Of a stretch of 64,000 nt of DNA, positions 17,901 to 26,700 are shown one piece after another. The notes under the pieces are model-generated. The model was not told where the DNA came from, ran no database searches, and saw only the letters and a list, made by a program, of their open reading frames with translations. The first letter of the stretch is position 1, and every line of letters begins with the position of its first letter. The stretch is from Elusimicrobiota bacterium (GTDB taxonomy: Bacteria; Elusimicrobiota; Endomicrobiia; Endomicrobiales; JBDRNC01). The position numbers and the translations under genes were made by a program. The stretch covers positions 32,001 through 96,000 of the forward strand of contig JBDRNC010000037.1 in assembly GCA_043811535.1 (NCBI GenBank), written 5' to 3'.

Positions 17901-18240
17901 GTTCAAGGACGTGGCAGGCATGATAAGGTCGTTCCATTACGCCGCGTACGGCACGGTGCTGCTGAAGTCATCGCTGCGCCCCGGGGACGCGGTGTACCTG
18001 GAAAAATGGGTGGATTCGTGGTATAAGCACGTGACGGGCATATTTTTGGATTCATACCTGATGGCGGCCGACGGCGCGGGTTTCATTCCGCGCCAGAAGG
18101 ACGAAGTTGAAACCCTTATCCGCGTATTCCTCATAGAAAAGGCCGTATATGAACTGGCATACGAGCTGAACAACAGGCCCGATTGGGTCGGAATACCCCT
18201 GAAGGGACTGAAAAGAATAATCACCGGAGCCGGTATCTGA
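14902..18240 (+). CDS. treS: Trehalose synthase / maltokinase fusion (TreS-Mak)
   Basis: GH13 motifs WYKDAVIYE, GLRLDAVPY, EANQWPED, FLRNHDEL; C-terminal kinase RIHGDYHLGQVL, IDFEGEP. ATG at 14902 preferred over TTG at 14881. Confidence 0.93.
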   Translation: MKEMIFSEKNPLWYKDAVIYELNVRTFCDSNDDGIGDFKGLKSKLDYIEDLGVTAIWLLPFYPSPLKDDGYDISDYCNVNPDYGTLRDFREFLAAAKEKGLRVITELVLNHTSGEHAWFKRSRKAPEGSPLRDMYVWSDTPDKYRDARVIFKDFESSNWTRDPVSGKYFWHRFYSHQPDLNFDNPLVQKELLKVIDFWLEMGVDGLRLDAVPYLFEREGTNCENLPETHEFLKKLRSHVEGNYRDKMLLAEANQWPEDAARYFGDGDECHMAFHFPLMPRMFMSVQMEDSFPIIDILQSTPKVPDACQWAIFLRNHDELTLEMVTDEERDYLWRFYAKDPRAKINVGIRRRLAPLLGNNRRKIELMNQLLFSLPGTPVIYYGDEIGMGDNFYLGDRNGVRTPMQWSPDRNAGFSKANPHGLCLPVIIDSEYHYEALNVETQEKNLSSFLWWTRRVIAMRKKFKSITLGSMKVIQHGNTKVLAFIRQYENEIMLFIINLSRFSQVAEIDLSEFAGYIPEEVFSQNKFPVIEKKLYVLTMGPHNTFWLLLKKETATDAAAEDKGLPEISVKGKWESIFKGREKDNFLNKAIIPYIKRSRWFASKSKIVRRFRIADEFYFKKNNSFSVIFLVEMEYNEGVPETYVVPVSYCLQENFTVTASEFPQSMIAGVASADGKGVLYDGFYDEEFRSELLNITVRMKNISGENGVISGVRGERVKELMGEKGLSLTSTVLKTDQSNSSAVYEKNLIIKLYRKLGEGVNPEAEILKNLTEKGQFKNIPEYAGTLEYRAGKNSVYTLAMLQSYIETSSDAWKYTGTVLDSYFDHVLSKKTELAPPQQKEGSVKTEPAEALKPQPSIEELVGGMYVEMAALLGKRTAEMHMALAQNIDDPVFAPEPFSLLYQKSLHQSIYSQIRRTFGLLKKNIAKIPENLRAEAEEVLASEPALVSKLNMIVAKKISADKIRIHGDYHLGQVLYTGKDFIVIDFEGEPARALSERKLKQSPFKDVAGMIRSFHYAAYGTVLLKSSLRPGDAVYLEKWVDSWYKHVTGIFLDSYLMAADGAGFIPRQKDEVETLIRVFLIEKAVYELAYELNNRPDWVGIPLKGLKRIITGAGI

Positions 18241-18450
18241 GATGAAGCAGTTGCGAGGAACTTCGTTCTTTGCAACAAAAATGAAAATGACCCGCCGGCG
18301 CTGGACGTGTCATCAATTGACGCGGCTATTCGCCGCATTGATGACACAGCTTTGGCGGGTTCACCTAAACTCGGTTTGCAATCTTACATGTGTTTCAATA
18401 ATGCCGTAATAGTCAAAACGATTAAAAAAAATCTGAGGAGAATTTATTAG

Positions 18451-20271
18451 GTGAAAATAGGCGCGTGGCTTGAAAAGGACGGCAAGTCGTCTTTTACAGT
18501 GTGGGCGCCTTTTGCCGCCGGCGTTGAGCTGAACATTATTACCCCGGAAGCCAGAAAAATACCCATGGATAAAAAGGAAGACGGTTACTGGCGGCTTGAA
18601 AGCGCCGGCATTCCGGCGGGTGCCGGGTACATGTATATTGTCGACGGCAAAACCCCGAGGCCGGACCCGTCTTCATTTTATCAGCCGGAGGGGGTCCACG
18701 GGCGCTCTGAACTTGTTGACCATGATTCTTTCAAGTGGAACGACGGCGCGTGGAAAGGTATCGAACCGGGTAAAATGATCGCCTACGAGCTGCACATAGG
18801 AACTTTTACCGCAGAGGGAACATTTGACGCCGCAATAAATAAGTTGGATCATCTCAAGGGGCTTGGAGTAAACGCGGTTGAAGTGATGCCGGTAGCGCAG
18901 TTTCCCGGCAGGAGGAACTGGGGCTACGATGGCGCATATTTCTTTGCGGTCCAGAACTCGTACGGCGGCCCCGAAGGCTTCAAGAGATTCGTCGACGCCT
19001 GCCACGGTAAAGGCATGGCCATCATACTTGACGTAGTTTACAACCATTTCGGCCCCGAAGGGAATTATATTGAGAACTACGGCCCGTATTTTACGGGTAA
19101 ATACGGCACGCCGTGGGGCAAGGCCGTCAATTACGATGACGCGCGCTGCGAAGGCGTCAGGAATTTCGTCGTCAGGAACATGGAATGCTGGTTCAAGTGT
19201 TTTCACGTCGACGCGTTGCGACTGGACGCCATTCACGGCATATACGATAAAGGCCCGAAACACATTCTCAAAGAACTGTCCGAAGAAAAAGCGGTTGTCG
19301 GGAAAGAAGCCGGGAGGAAATTCTACCTGATAGCCGAAAGCGACCTTAACGATCCGCGCGTGATCGAATCGTTTGATAAAGGCGGGTACGGCATAGACGT
19401 CCAGTGGCTGGACGATTTCCATCACTGTCTGCATACTCTTTTGACCGGCGAAAAGGGCGGCTACTACGCGGATTTTGGCAAAACAGAGGACCTGGCGAAA
19501 TGCCTGAAAAACGGTTTCGTCTATGACGGCATATATTCGCGCTACCGCGGCCGGAACCACGGCGGTCTGTCCGCGCAGTTCGGCGGCGACAGGTTTTTCG
19601 TTTTTGCGCAGAACCACGACCAGGTCGGGAACAGGATGATGGGCGAACGGCTGTCGGCGCTTGCGGATTTTGAATCTCTCAAGCTGGCGGCGGGCTGCGT
19701 GATTTTGTCTCCCTATATTCCCATGCTGTTCATGGGAGAGGAATACGGCGAAAGCGCGCCGTTTATGTATTTCATAGAGCACGGGGACAAAGGCCTTGTA
19801 GATGCGGTCCGCAAGGGCAGGAAGAAGGAGTTCGAGGCCTTCGCGTGGGACAGGGAAATCCCTGACCCGCAGTCCGAAAAGACATTCAACGATTCCAAAC
19901 TCAGTTGGGACAGGGCGGAAAAGGCGCCGGGAAAGATATTGTCGGGGTTTTACAGGAAGCTGATAGGGATGAGAAAGACGCTGGCGGCATACGGGAACCC
20001 GGATAAGAACACATTGTCGGCTGTTTCGCCGGAAGGTTCAAGAATAATTCAGATGACGCTCGGAACAGACAAAGACGAGTTGCTTTGCCTGATGAATTTC
20101 GGCGATAAAGACGCCGAATTCAAAGTCGCTGCGGCGGGCAGCTGGACGAAGCTTATTGATTCATCGGACAAGGAATGGGCGGGCTCGGGGGGCACTGCGC
20201 CGGGATTGTATAATTCCGGCGGGATGTGCCTGATGCGCGCAAGAAGCATTGTTTTATACGGCCGAAAATAG
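18451..20271 (+). CDS. treZ: Malto-oligosyltrehalose trehalohydrolase
   Basis: VWAP, YELHIGTFT, RNWGYDG, LRLDAIH, QNHDQVGNR, PMLFMGEEYG. Confidence 0.92.
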   Translation: MKIGAWLEKDGKSSFTVWAPFAAGVELNIITPEARKIPMDKKEDGYWRLESAGIPAGAGYMYIVDGKTPRPDPSSFYQPEGVHGRSELVDHDSFKWNDGAWKGIEPGKMIAYELHIGTFTAEGTFDAAINKLDHLKGLGVNAVEVMPVAQFPGRRNWGYDGAYFFAVQNSYGGPEGFKRFVDACHGKGMAIILDVVYNHFGPEGNYIENYGPYFTGKYGTPWGKAVNYDDARCEGVRNFVVRNMECWFKCFHVDALRLDAIHGIYDKGPKHILKELSEEKAVVGKEAGRKFYLIAESDLNDPRVIESFDKGGYGIDVQWLDDFHHCLHTLLTGEKGGYYADFGKTEDLAKCLKNGFVYDGIYSRYRGRNHGGLSAQFGGDRFFVFAQNHDQVGNRMMGERLSALADFESLKLAAGCVILSPYIPMLFMGEEYGESAPFMYFIEHGDKGLVDAVRKGRKKEFEAFAWDREIPDPQSEKTFNDSKLSWDRAEKAPGKILSGFYRKLIGMRKTLAAYGNPDKNTLSAVSPEGSRIIQMTLGTDKDELLCLMNFGDKDAEFKVAAAGSWTKLIDSSDKEWAGSGGTAPGLYNSGGMCLMRARSIVLYGRK

Positions 20272-20306
20272 GAAGAACAGAAAACACGAAAAGAGAGAGA
20301 AACTTA

Positions 20307-22733
20307 ATGGAAAGATATCTGTGCATTCACGGACATTTTTATCAGCCGCCCAGGGAAAACCCGTGGCTGGAGGAAGTCGAAACGCAGGACTCGGCGTATC
20401 CTTATCATGACTGGAACGAGCGCATTACGGCGGAGTGCTACGCGCCGAACACCGCGTCAAGGATACTGCAGGACTTCGACAAGGTCGCGGATGTGGTCAA
20501 TAATTATTCCAAAATAAGCTTCAATTTCGGGCCCACGCTTCTTTCGTGGATGGAAAGGAAAAAACCCGAGATATACAGAGCCATCCTTGAGGCGGACAAG
20601 AAAAGCATGGAGTATTTTTCCGGCCACGGAGCGGCCATAGCGCAGGCCTACAACCACATGATCATGCCGCTTGCCAACTCGAATGACAAGCGGACGCAGA
20701 TAGTATGGGGATTAAAGGATTTTGAGCGCAGGTTCGGCAGGAAACCGGAAGGCATGTGGCTTCCAGAAACGGCGGTTGACACGGAAACCCTCGAACTGCT
20801 CGCGGAACACGGCATCACATTCACGATACTCGCGCCGGGGCAGGCGAAAAGCGTTAGGAAGATAGGGGATGAACAGTGGGTTGATGTTTCCGGGGCAAAA
20901 GTGGACCCGAAACGCCCTTATCTCTGCAACCTTCCGTCAGGCGCGAAGATAGCTTTATTTTTTTACGACGGGCCCGTATCGCAGGGCATCGCTTTCGGCG
21001 GGACGCTGGACAGCGGGGAAAGTTTTGCCGAACACCTGCTGGGCGCTTACTCGGAAAACGGAGAGGCCCGCGAATTAGTCCATATCGCCACCGACGGCGA
21101 GACATACGGCCACCACCATTCTCACGGCGACATGGCGCTGGCCTACTGCATAAATCATATTGAGTCGAACAAGCTCGCGAAAGTGACCATATACGCGGAA
21201 TACCTGGAGAAGCATCCTCCGGAGTACGAGGTGGAAATATTCGAGAATTCCTCATGGAGCTGTTTCCACGGCGTCGAGAGATGGAGGAACAACTGCGGCT
21301 GCAACTCAGGTCTGCATAATGAGTGGAACCAGGAGTGGCGCGCGCCCCTGCGAAGCGCTTTGGACTGGCTGAGAGACAACCTCTTAACGATATATGAAGA
21401 GAAGATGAAGGAACTGGTCAGGGACCCGTGGGCCGCCAGGAACGGATATGCCGGCGTAATCCTTGACAGGTCTGAAGAAAAGCTGAAAGCATTTATTTCG
21501 GAAAACGCACCGAGAGAACTTTCCGAAGAAGAAAAATCCAAGCTGTTGAAGCTCCTTGAAATGCAGCGGCACGCCATGTTCATGTACACGAGCTGCGGCT
21601 GGTTTTTTGACGAACTGTCCGGAATTGAAACGGTCCAGATAATAAGTTACGCGGCGAGGGCCGTTCAGCTGGCGCACGAGGTGAGCGGTATATCCTTTGA
21701 AGATAGCTTCAAGGGCCTTATTGAACGGGCGAAGAGCAATATCGGGGAATTCGAGAACGGAGCCAAGATTTACGAGATGTTCGTAAAACCCTCGATCCTC
21801 GACATAGTGCGTGTGGGCGTCCATTACGCGATATCGTCTTTGTTTAAAGTTTACCAGGAAGATTCCGGAATCTACAATTACGGGGTGTGCCGTCAGAAAT
21901 ACCAGAAACTGGAATCGGGCAAGCAGAAATTAGCGGTCGGCAGGATAAGCATGCGCTCCCTTATAACAAGGGAGGAATCGGACATTACTTTCGCGGTTCT
22001 TCACATGGGAGACCATAACATTGTCGGCGGCGCGAGGAAGTTCATCGGAGAAAAGGAGTACGAGGAAATGCAGCAGTCCGTGGCAGACGCCTTCCAGAAA
22101 GCCGATATCTCCGGTGTCATACGCCTTATAGACGCCAATTTCGGCGAGCATAATTATTCGCTCTGGCATTTGTTCCGCGACGAACAGCGCGAAGTGCTGG
22201 ACAAGATACTCTCCGAAACTTTCGGCGATATCAGGGCCACCTCGAAACAGATATATGAACGTCATTACCCCGCGATGAAGGTGCTCAAGTGGCTTAACCT
22301 GTCAGTGCCGAAATATTTCAATGTTGTCATGGAAGAAGTCCTGACGAACGACATATTGAAAATGCTGGCAGGCGAAAAACAGGACGCCGCCGAATATGAC
22401 AAAATTACCGGCGAGATCAACCAGTGGCCGGTGAAGATTGATAAAAAGATAATCGGCTACAAGGCAAGCAAGCGGATAGACGAACTTGTGGAAAAATATG
22501 AGAAAAATCCTGCCGATCCGGATATCCTGCGCAATATTGTTGTTATAATAGATTCGATGAAAAAGCTGAACATCACGCTGAATCTCTGGCGGGCGCAGAA
22601 CATATTTTTCTCCAAAGGCAAGGGCATAATGGAAACATACGAAGCGAAACTCGGCGAAGGCGCGAAGGAATACGAGGCAATGATCGGCGATTTGAAAATG
22701 CTCGAAGAACATTTAAGGATAAGGACTAAATGA
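20307..22733 (+). CDS. Glycoside hydrolase family 57 protein (DUF3536-type)
   Basis: CIHGHFYQPPRENPW, GMWLPETAVD, ATDGETYGHH, MYTSCGWFFDE. Start taken at MERYLC. Confidence 0.88.
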   Translation: MERYLCIHGHFYQPPRENPWLEEVETQDSAYPYHDWNERITAECYAPNTASRILQDFDKVADVVNNYSKISFNFGPTLLSWMERKKPEIYRAILEADKKSMEYFSGHGAAIAQAYNHMIMPLANSNDKRTQIVWGLKDFERRFGRKPEGMWLPETAVDTETLELLAEHGITFTILAPGQAKSVRKIGDEQWVDVSGAKVDPKRPYLCNLPSGAKIALFFYDGPVSQGIAFGGTLDSGESFAEHLLGAYSENGEARELVHIATDGETYGHHHSHGDMALAYCINHIESNKLAKVTIYAEYLEKHPPEYEVEIFENSSWSCFHGVERWRNNCGCNSGLHNEWNQEWRAPLRSALDWLRDNLLTIYEEKMKELVRDPWAARNGYAGVILDRSEEKLKAFISENAPRELSEEEKSKLLKLLEMQRHAMFMYTSCGWFFDELSGIETVQIISYAARAVQLAHEVSGISFEDSFKGLIERAKSNIGEFENGAKIYEMFVKPSILDIVRVGVHYAISSLFKVYQEDSGIYNYGVCRQKYQKLESGKQKLAVGRISMRSLITREESDITFAVLHMGDHNIVGGARKFIGEKEYEEMQQSVADAFQKADISGVIRLIDANFGEHNYSLWHLFRDEQREVLDKILSETFGDIRATSKQIYERHYPAMKVLKWLNLSVPKYFNVVMEEVLTNDILKMLAGEKQDAAEYDKITGEINQWPVKIDKKIIGYKASKRIDELVEKYEKNPADPDILRNIVVIIDSMKKLNITLNLWRAQNIFFSKGKGIMETYEAKLGEGAKEYEAMIGDLKMLEEHLRIRTK

Positions 22734-25510
22734 TGATACCGAGAGCGACATACAGGATACAGTTTACCCCGAAATACGCGTTCAGCGACGCGATGAAGAT
22801 TCTGGATTATCTCTCCGGCCTCGGCATCTCCCATATTTACGCCTCTCCGGTGCTCAGAAGCAGGAAAGGGAGCGACCACGGCTACGATATGGTCGACCCG
22901 GAACAGATCGACCCCGAACTCGGCGGAGAGGACGGCTTTGAAGAGCTGGCTCGTTCGGTCCGCGAACACGGCATGTTCTGGCTGCAGGATATAGTTCCGA
23001 ACCACATGGCCTTTGATACCGAAAATAATATGCTGATGGATGTTTTCGAGAACGGGGAGCATTCGCCGTACCGCGATTATTTTGATATAGAGTGGAAACA
23101 CATTTACAGCAACATGAGGGGAAGAGTGCTGGCGCCCTTCCTCGGAAAATTCTATTCGGAATGCCTTGAAAGCGGCGAGATTCGCCTTCAGTACGCGGAG
23201 AACGGCTTGAGCATCAACTACTATTCGCTGAAGTTCCCGCTGAAGATAGAATCTTATGCGGCCGTTTTCGAAAGAAACCTTGAAAAGCTTGACCAGGACT
23301 CCGGCAAGGACAATCCCGATTTCATGAAGTATATAGGGAACCTTAATTTGACAAAAAACGTCAACCAGAACAAGGAATCAAGAGCGGAGCAGATAAAGCA
23401 TTTCAAGAAGATGATGTGGGGGCTTTACACGGAAAGCGGGGCCGTGCGCAGCTTCATAGACGGAAACATAACCGAATTGAACGGCAAGCAGGGGGACAGG
23501 GGCAGTTATAACGAGCTCGACAAGCTTCTTTCGGAGCAGTATTACCGCCTTTCGTTCTGGAAAGTCGCGTCAGAAGAGATAAATTACCGCAGGTTCTTCA
23601 CCGTCAATGACCTTATATCCATGCGCGTGGAAAAGCAGGATGTTTTTGACCGCATGCACGTGAAAATATTCGAACAGATAGAAAAGGGCAACATACACGG
23701 CCTCAGGATAGACCATATAGACGGGCTTTTCGATCCCGACACTTACTTGAACAACCTGAGGGGAAAGAACAAGGATATCTACATCGTTGTTGAAAAGATA
23801 CTCGGGTACGACGAAGATCTTCCGCCGGAGTGGGAAGTGCACGGGACCACGGGCTATGATATCCTGAATTTCATGAACGGCCTGTTCTGCAACGGGCGCA
23901 ACCAGAGGATATTTACGTCGTTATACAGCAAGTTTGCCGAGATCATACCGCGTTACGAAGAAGTAGTTTTTAACAGGAAGCGGCTCATCATAGGAAAACA
24001 CATGGCCGGCAACATCGACAACCTTGCCCAGGCGCTCAAGAACATCTCCGGCAGCGACCGCTACGGCACGGACATTACGCTGTACGGTCTGAAGAGAGCT
24101 TTCGTGGATGTCATGGCGCTTTTTCCCGTTTACAGGACATATATAACCCAAGGCAGGTACAGCGAGCAGGACAGGAAGTACATTATCCAGGCGATAGAAT
24201 TGTCCAAACAGAAGAACCCGGGACTGCTGTATGAGCTCAATTTTATTGAGAAATTCCTGCTGATGAAATTCGATGATAACGTCAGCGAAGAAGAAAAGGC
24301 CAAGTATATACAGTTTATAATGAATTTTCAGCAGTACACCGGCCCTATCATGGCAAAAGGCCTTGAGGATACGGTGTTTTACCTGTACAACAGGCTGGTC
24401 TCAATGAACGAGGTCGGAGCCGATCCGGTCAGATTCGGCGTTTCAAGGGCCGAATTCACTGATTTTGTAAAACGGAGAAACGGGAGATGGAAGCACTCGT
24501 TGAACGCGACGGCCACGCACGATACGAAAAGAGGCGAGGATGTAAGGGCGCGTCTGAACGTGCTTTCGGAAATGCCGAGGGAATTTTACAGAAGGATAAA
24601 GACCTGGGCAAAACTCAACAAGAATAAAAAAACGGTTCTCAAGGGGATCCCGGCGCCGGACAAGAATGACGAGTACCTGATATACCAGACATTGCTCGGC
24701 ACGTATCCGTTCGACCACGAAGATGATTACACGGAAAGGATAAAGCAATACGTGATAAAAGCCGTCAGGGAATCCAAGGAGCATACCGCCTGGATCAAGC
24801 CGGATACCGATTACGAGGACGCGTGCACAACTTTTGTGGAAAAGCTGCTTGACGCTTCGCGCGGCAACGCTTTTCTTGATGATTTCTTGCCGTTCCAGAA
24901 GAAAATATCGGAACTTGGCATTTATAATTCGCTTTCTCAGGCAGCGCTGAAGATAATGCTTCCGGGCGTTCCCGATTTCTATCAGGGGACGGAACTGTGG
25001 GATCTTTCTCTCGTGGATCCGGATAACAGAAGGCCCGTGGATTACGCCAAAAGGATCGGCTACCTGGAAGATATCAAGCGCAGAAGGATTGAAAACAACG
25101 GGGGGCTGCTGGCCGAACTGCTGGCATCAAAGAATGACGGCAGGATAAAGCTGCTGCTTGTTTATGCCGCGCTTCAATTCAGGAAAGACAATCCCGGCCT
25201 ATTCGGCGAAGGTTCGTATGTGCCCGTGCAAGTGGTTGGAAAGAAAAAAGACAACCTTTTTGCTTTTGCCAGGCACAAAGACGGAGAATGGGCTCTCTGC
25301 GTTGTCCCCAGATTGCCTGTTTCGCTTCTCGGTTCTGCCGAGAAAATCGACGGGAATGTGTGGGACGATACTTATATAAAACTTCCCGAAAGCGCCCCCC
25401 GCCGCTGGAATAATGTCATAACGGCGAATTTTATAGAGAGCGAAAACAGCGCGCTGTACATCAAAAACGTGCTTGCAGAATTCCCGGCGGGTCTTTTATA
25501 TTCAAAGTAG
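22730..25510 (+). CDS. treY: Malto-oligosyltrehalose synthase
   Basis: IPRATYRIQF, DIVPNHM, INYRRFF, GLRIDHIDGL, THDTKRGEDVRAR, SLVDPDNRRPVDY. Confidence 0.95.
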   Translation: MMIPRATYRIQFTPKYAFSDAMKILDYLSGLGISHIYASPVLRSRKGSDHGYDMVDPEQIDPELGGEDGFEELARSVREHGMFWLQDIVPNHMAFDTENNMLMDVFENGEHSPYRDYFDIEWKHIYSNMRGRVLAPFLGKFYSECLESGEIRLQYAENGLSINYYSLKFPLKIESYAAVFERNLEKLDQDSGKDNPDFMKYIGNLNLTKNVNQNKESRAEQIKHFKKMMWGLYTESGAVRSFIDGNITELNGKQGDRGSYNELDKLLSEQYYRLSFWKVASEEINYRRFFTVNDLISMRVEKQDVFDRMHVKIFEQIEKGNIHGLRIDHIDGLFDPDTYLNNLRGKNKDIYIVVEKILGYDEDLPPEWEVHGTTGYDILNFMNGLFCNGRNQRIFTSLYSKFAEIIPRYEEVVFNRKRLIIGKHMAGNIDNLAQALKNISGSDRYGTDITLYGLKRAFVDVMALFPVYRTYITQGRYSEQDRKYIIQAIELSKQKNPGLLYELNFIEKFLLMKFDDNVSEEEKAKYIQFIMNFQQYTGPIMAKGLEDTVFYLYNRLVSMNEVGADPVRFGVSRAEFTDFVKRRNGRWKHSLNATATHDTKRGEDVRARLNVLSEMPREFYRRIKTWAKLNKNKKTVLKGIPAPDKNDEYLIYQTLLGTYPFDHEDDYTERIKQYVIKAVRESKEHTAWIKPDTDYEDACTTFVEKLLDASRGNAFLDDFLPFQKKISELGIYNSLSQAALKIMLPGVPDFYQGTELWDLSLVDPDNRRPVDYAKRIGYLEDIKRRRIENNGGLLAELLASKNDGRIKLLLVYAALQFRKDNPGLFGEGSYVPVQVVGKKKDNLFAFARHKDGEWALCVVPRLPVSLLGSAEKIDGNVWDDTYIKLPESAPRRWNNVITANFIESENSALYIKNVLAEFPAGLLYSK

Positions 25511-25512
25511 AA

Positions 25513-26337
25513 CTAACGGAAATATTCTATCCTGATCTTCTCCTTGCCTCTCCCTTTTTTAGCCTTATACATCAGTGAATCAGCAAGTTTGATAATTTTG
25601 TCAGCTCCTATGTCTTCCTTGCCGCAAACCAGAACGCCCATGCTGAATTGCACGGGGAACCGATGTTTTTTCGCTGCTATGTTCAACGAATCAAGAAGCC
25701 TTTCAATGGTTATTTTTGTTCCCTCGTAACCGGTTTCGGCAAGCAGAATTCCGAACTCATCTCCGCCGATCCTTGCGGTTAAATCCGGAAACCTGATATT
25801 ATTTTTCAGCACATCGGCTATAATGCGCAGCAGATTGTCCCCGGCAGGATGTCCCAGAATATCATTTATAGACTTAAATCTGTCTATATCCATAAATACC
25901 ACCGAATATTCGGTTTTGTAGCGTTTTTTCCTTTCAATTTCTATTTTCAGCATCTCGTAAAAATATCTCCGGTTGGATATTCCCGTAAGGTAATCAGTTC
26001 GCGACATGTTTTCTTCATGTTTTATATTTTCATGGAGTCGGGCGAAAAGATAAGATGCCAGAAGCAGGAAAAAAAGTTTTGAAAACACGTTCCAGTAAAA
26101 AATATCGGGATTCATTGACGCGATATGAGGTTGATAGATGAATTTTGTTAATAACCATATAAACGCGCTGTACAGACTGATTAGCATGCTCTGGTTCTTT
26201 CCCGCGTACCAGGCGACAATATACACGGGAATCAAATAGAAGGCAAGCGTAAAAATATTCGGATTTATCCGGGTTTCGAGAAATCCCAAAAAACTAGTCA
26301 TTATCAGTCCCGCGATGACGATTAAGGTTTTATTCAT
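25513..26337 (-). CDS. Membrane-anchored diguanylate cyclase
   Basis: N-terminal TM helices; TDYLTG..NRR, DIDRFK.IND..GH..GD, RFPD I-site and RIGGDEF. Confidence 0.92.
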   Translation of the reverse strand: MNKTLIVIAGLIMTSFLGFLETRINPNIFTLAFYLIPVYIVAWYAGKNQSMLISLYSAFIWLLTKFIYQPHIASMNPDIFYWNVFSKLFFLLLASYLFARLHENIKHEENMSRTDYLTGISNRRYFYEMLKIEIERKKRYKTEYSVVFMDIDRFKSINDILGHPAGDNLLRIIADVLKNNIRFPDLTARIGGDEFGILLAETGYEGTKITIERLLDSLNIAAKKHRFPVQFSMGVLVCGKEDIGADKIIKLADSLMYKAKKGRGKEKIRIEYFR

Positions 26338-26609
26338 AATTGAACGCTGTCCCGCGCTAAAACAGTAAAATCGTTTAACAAAATAGTCAATTGTTACTCG
26401 GTTTTGGATTCCGCTGTTATTAAAAGTATTCTATTCCCGTAAAACCCAGTAAGGAGGTATTATTCATACCCAATATTATAACAAATAATTCGCGCGTCAA
26501 GCCGGACAAAATAGGGCTTATATTGAGATTTTTAGGGAGGAAAGCAGGCAATAAGAAATAGCTTGATATCAGTTTCCAAAACACAGTATAATTGCCGCGC
26601 ATTTTAAAC

Positions 26610-26638
26610 TTGTCAAAAAGCGGTCAAAGTGGTAAAAT
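26610..26638 (+). promoter_or_regulatory. argS promoter (second candidate TTGATA-18-TATAAT at 26563-26592)
   Basis: TTGTCA-17 bp-TAAAAT with extended -10 TG. Confidence 0.6.
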
Positions 26639-26700
26639 ATCCGGTAAGATCCCGCAACAGGGGATGTCGTAGTATTTAAGAAAAACTCTTAAGATTCTCC

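Noticed and set aside
26338..26700. T-box leader for argS, and a small ORF after AAGGAGGT at 26451
   Set aside because: No T-box GGTGGNACC motif, the promoter is close to the start, and no start codon follows the SD-like sequence.
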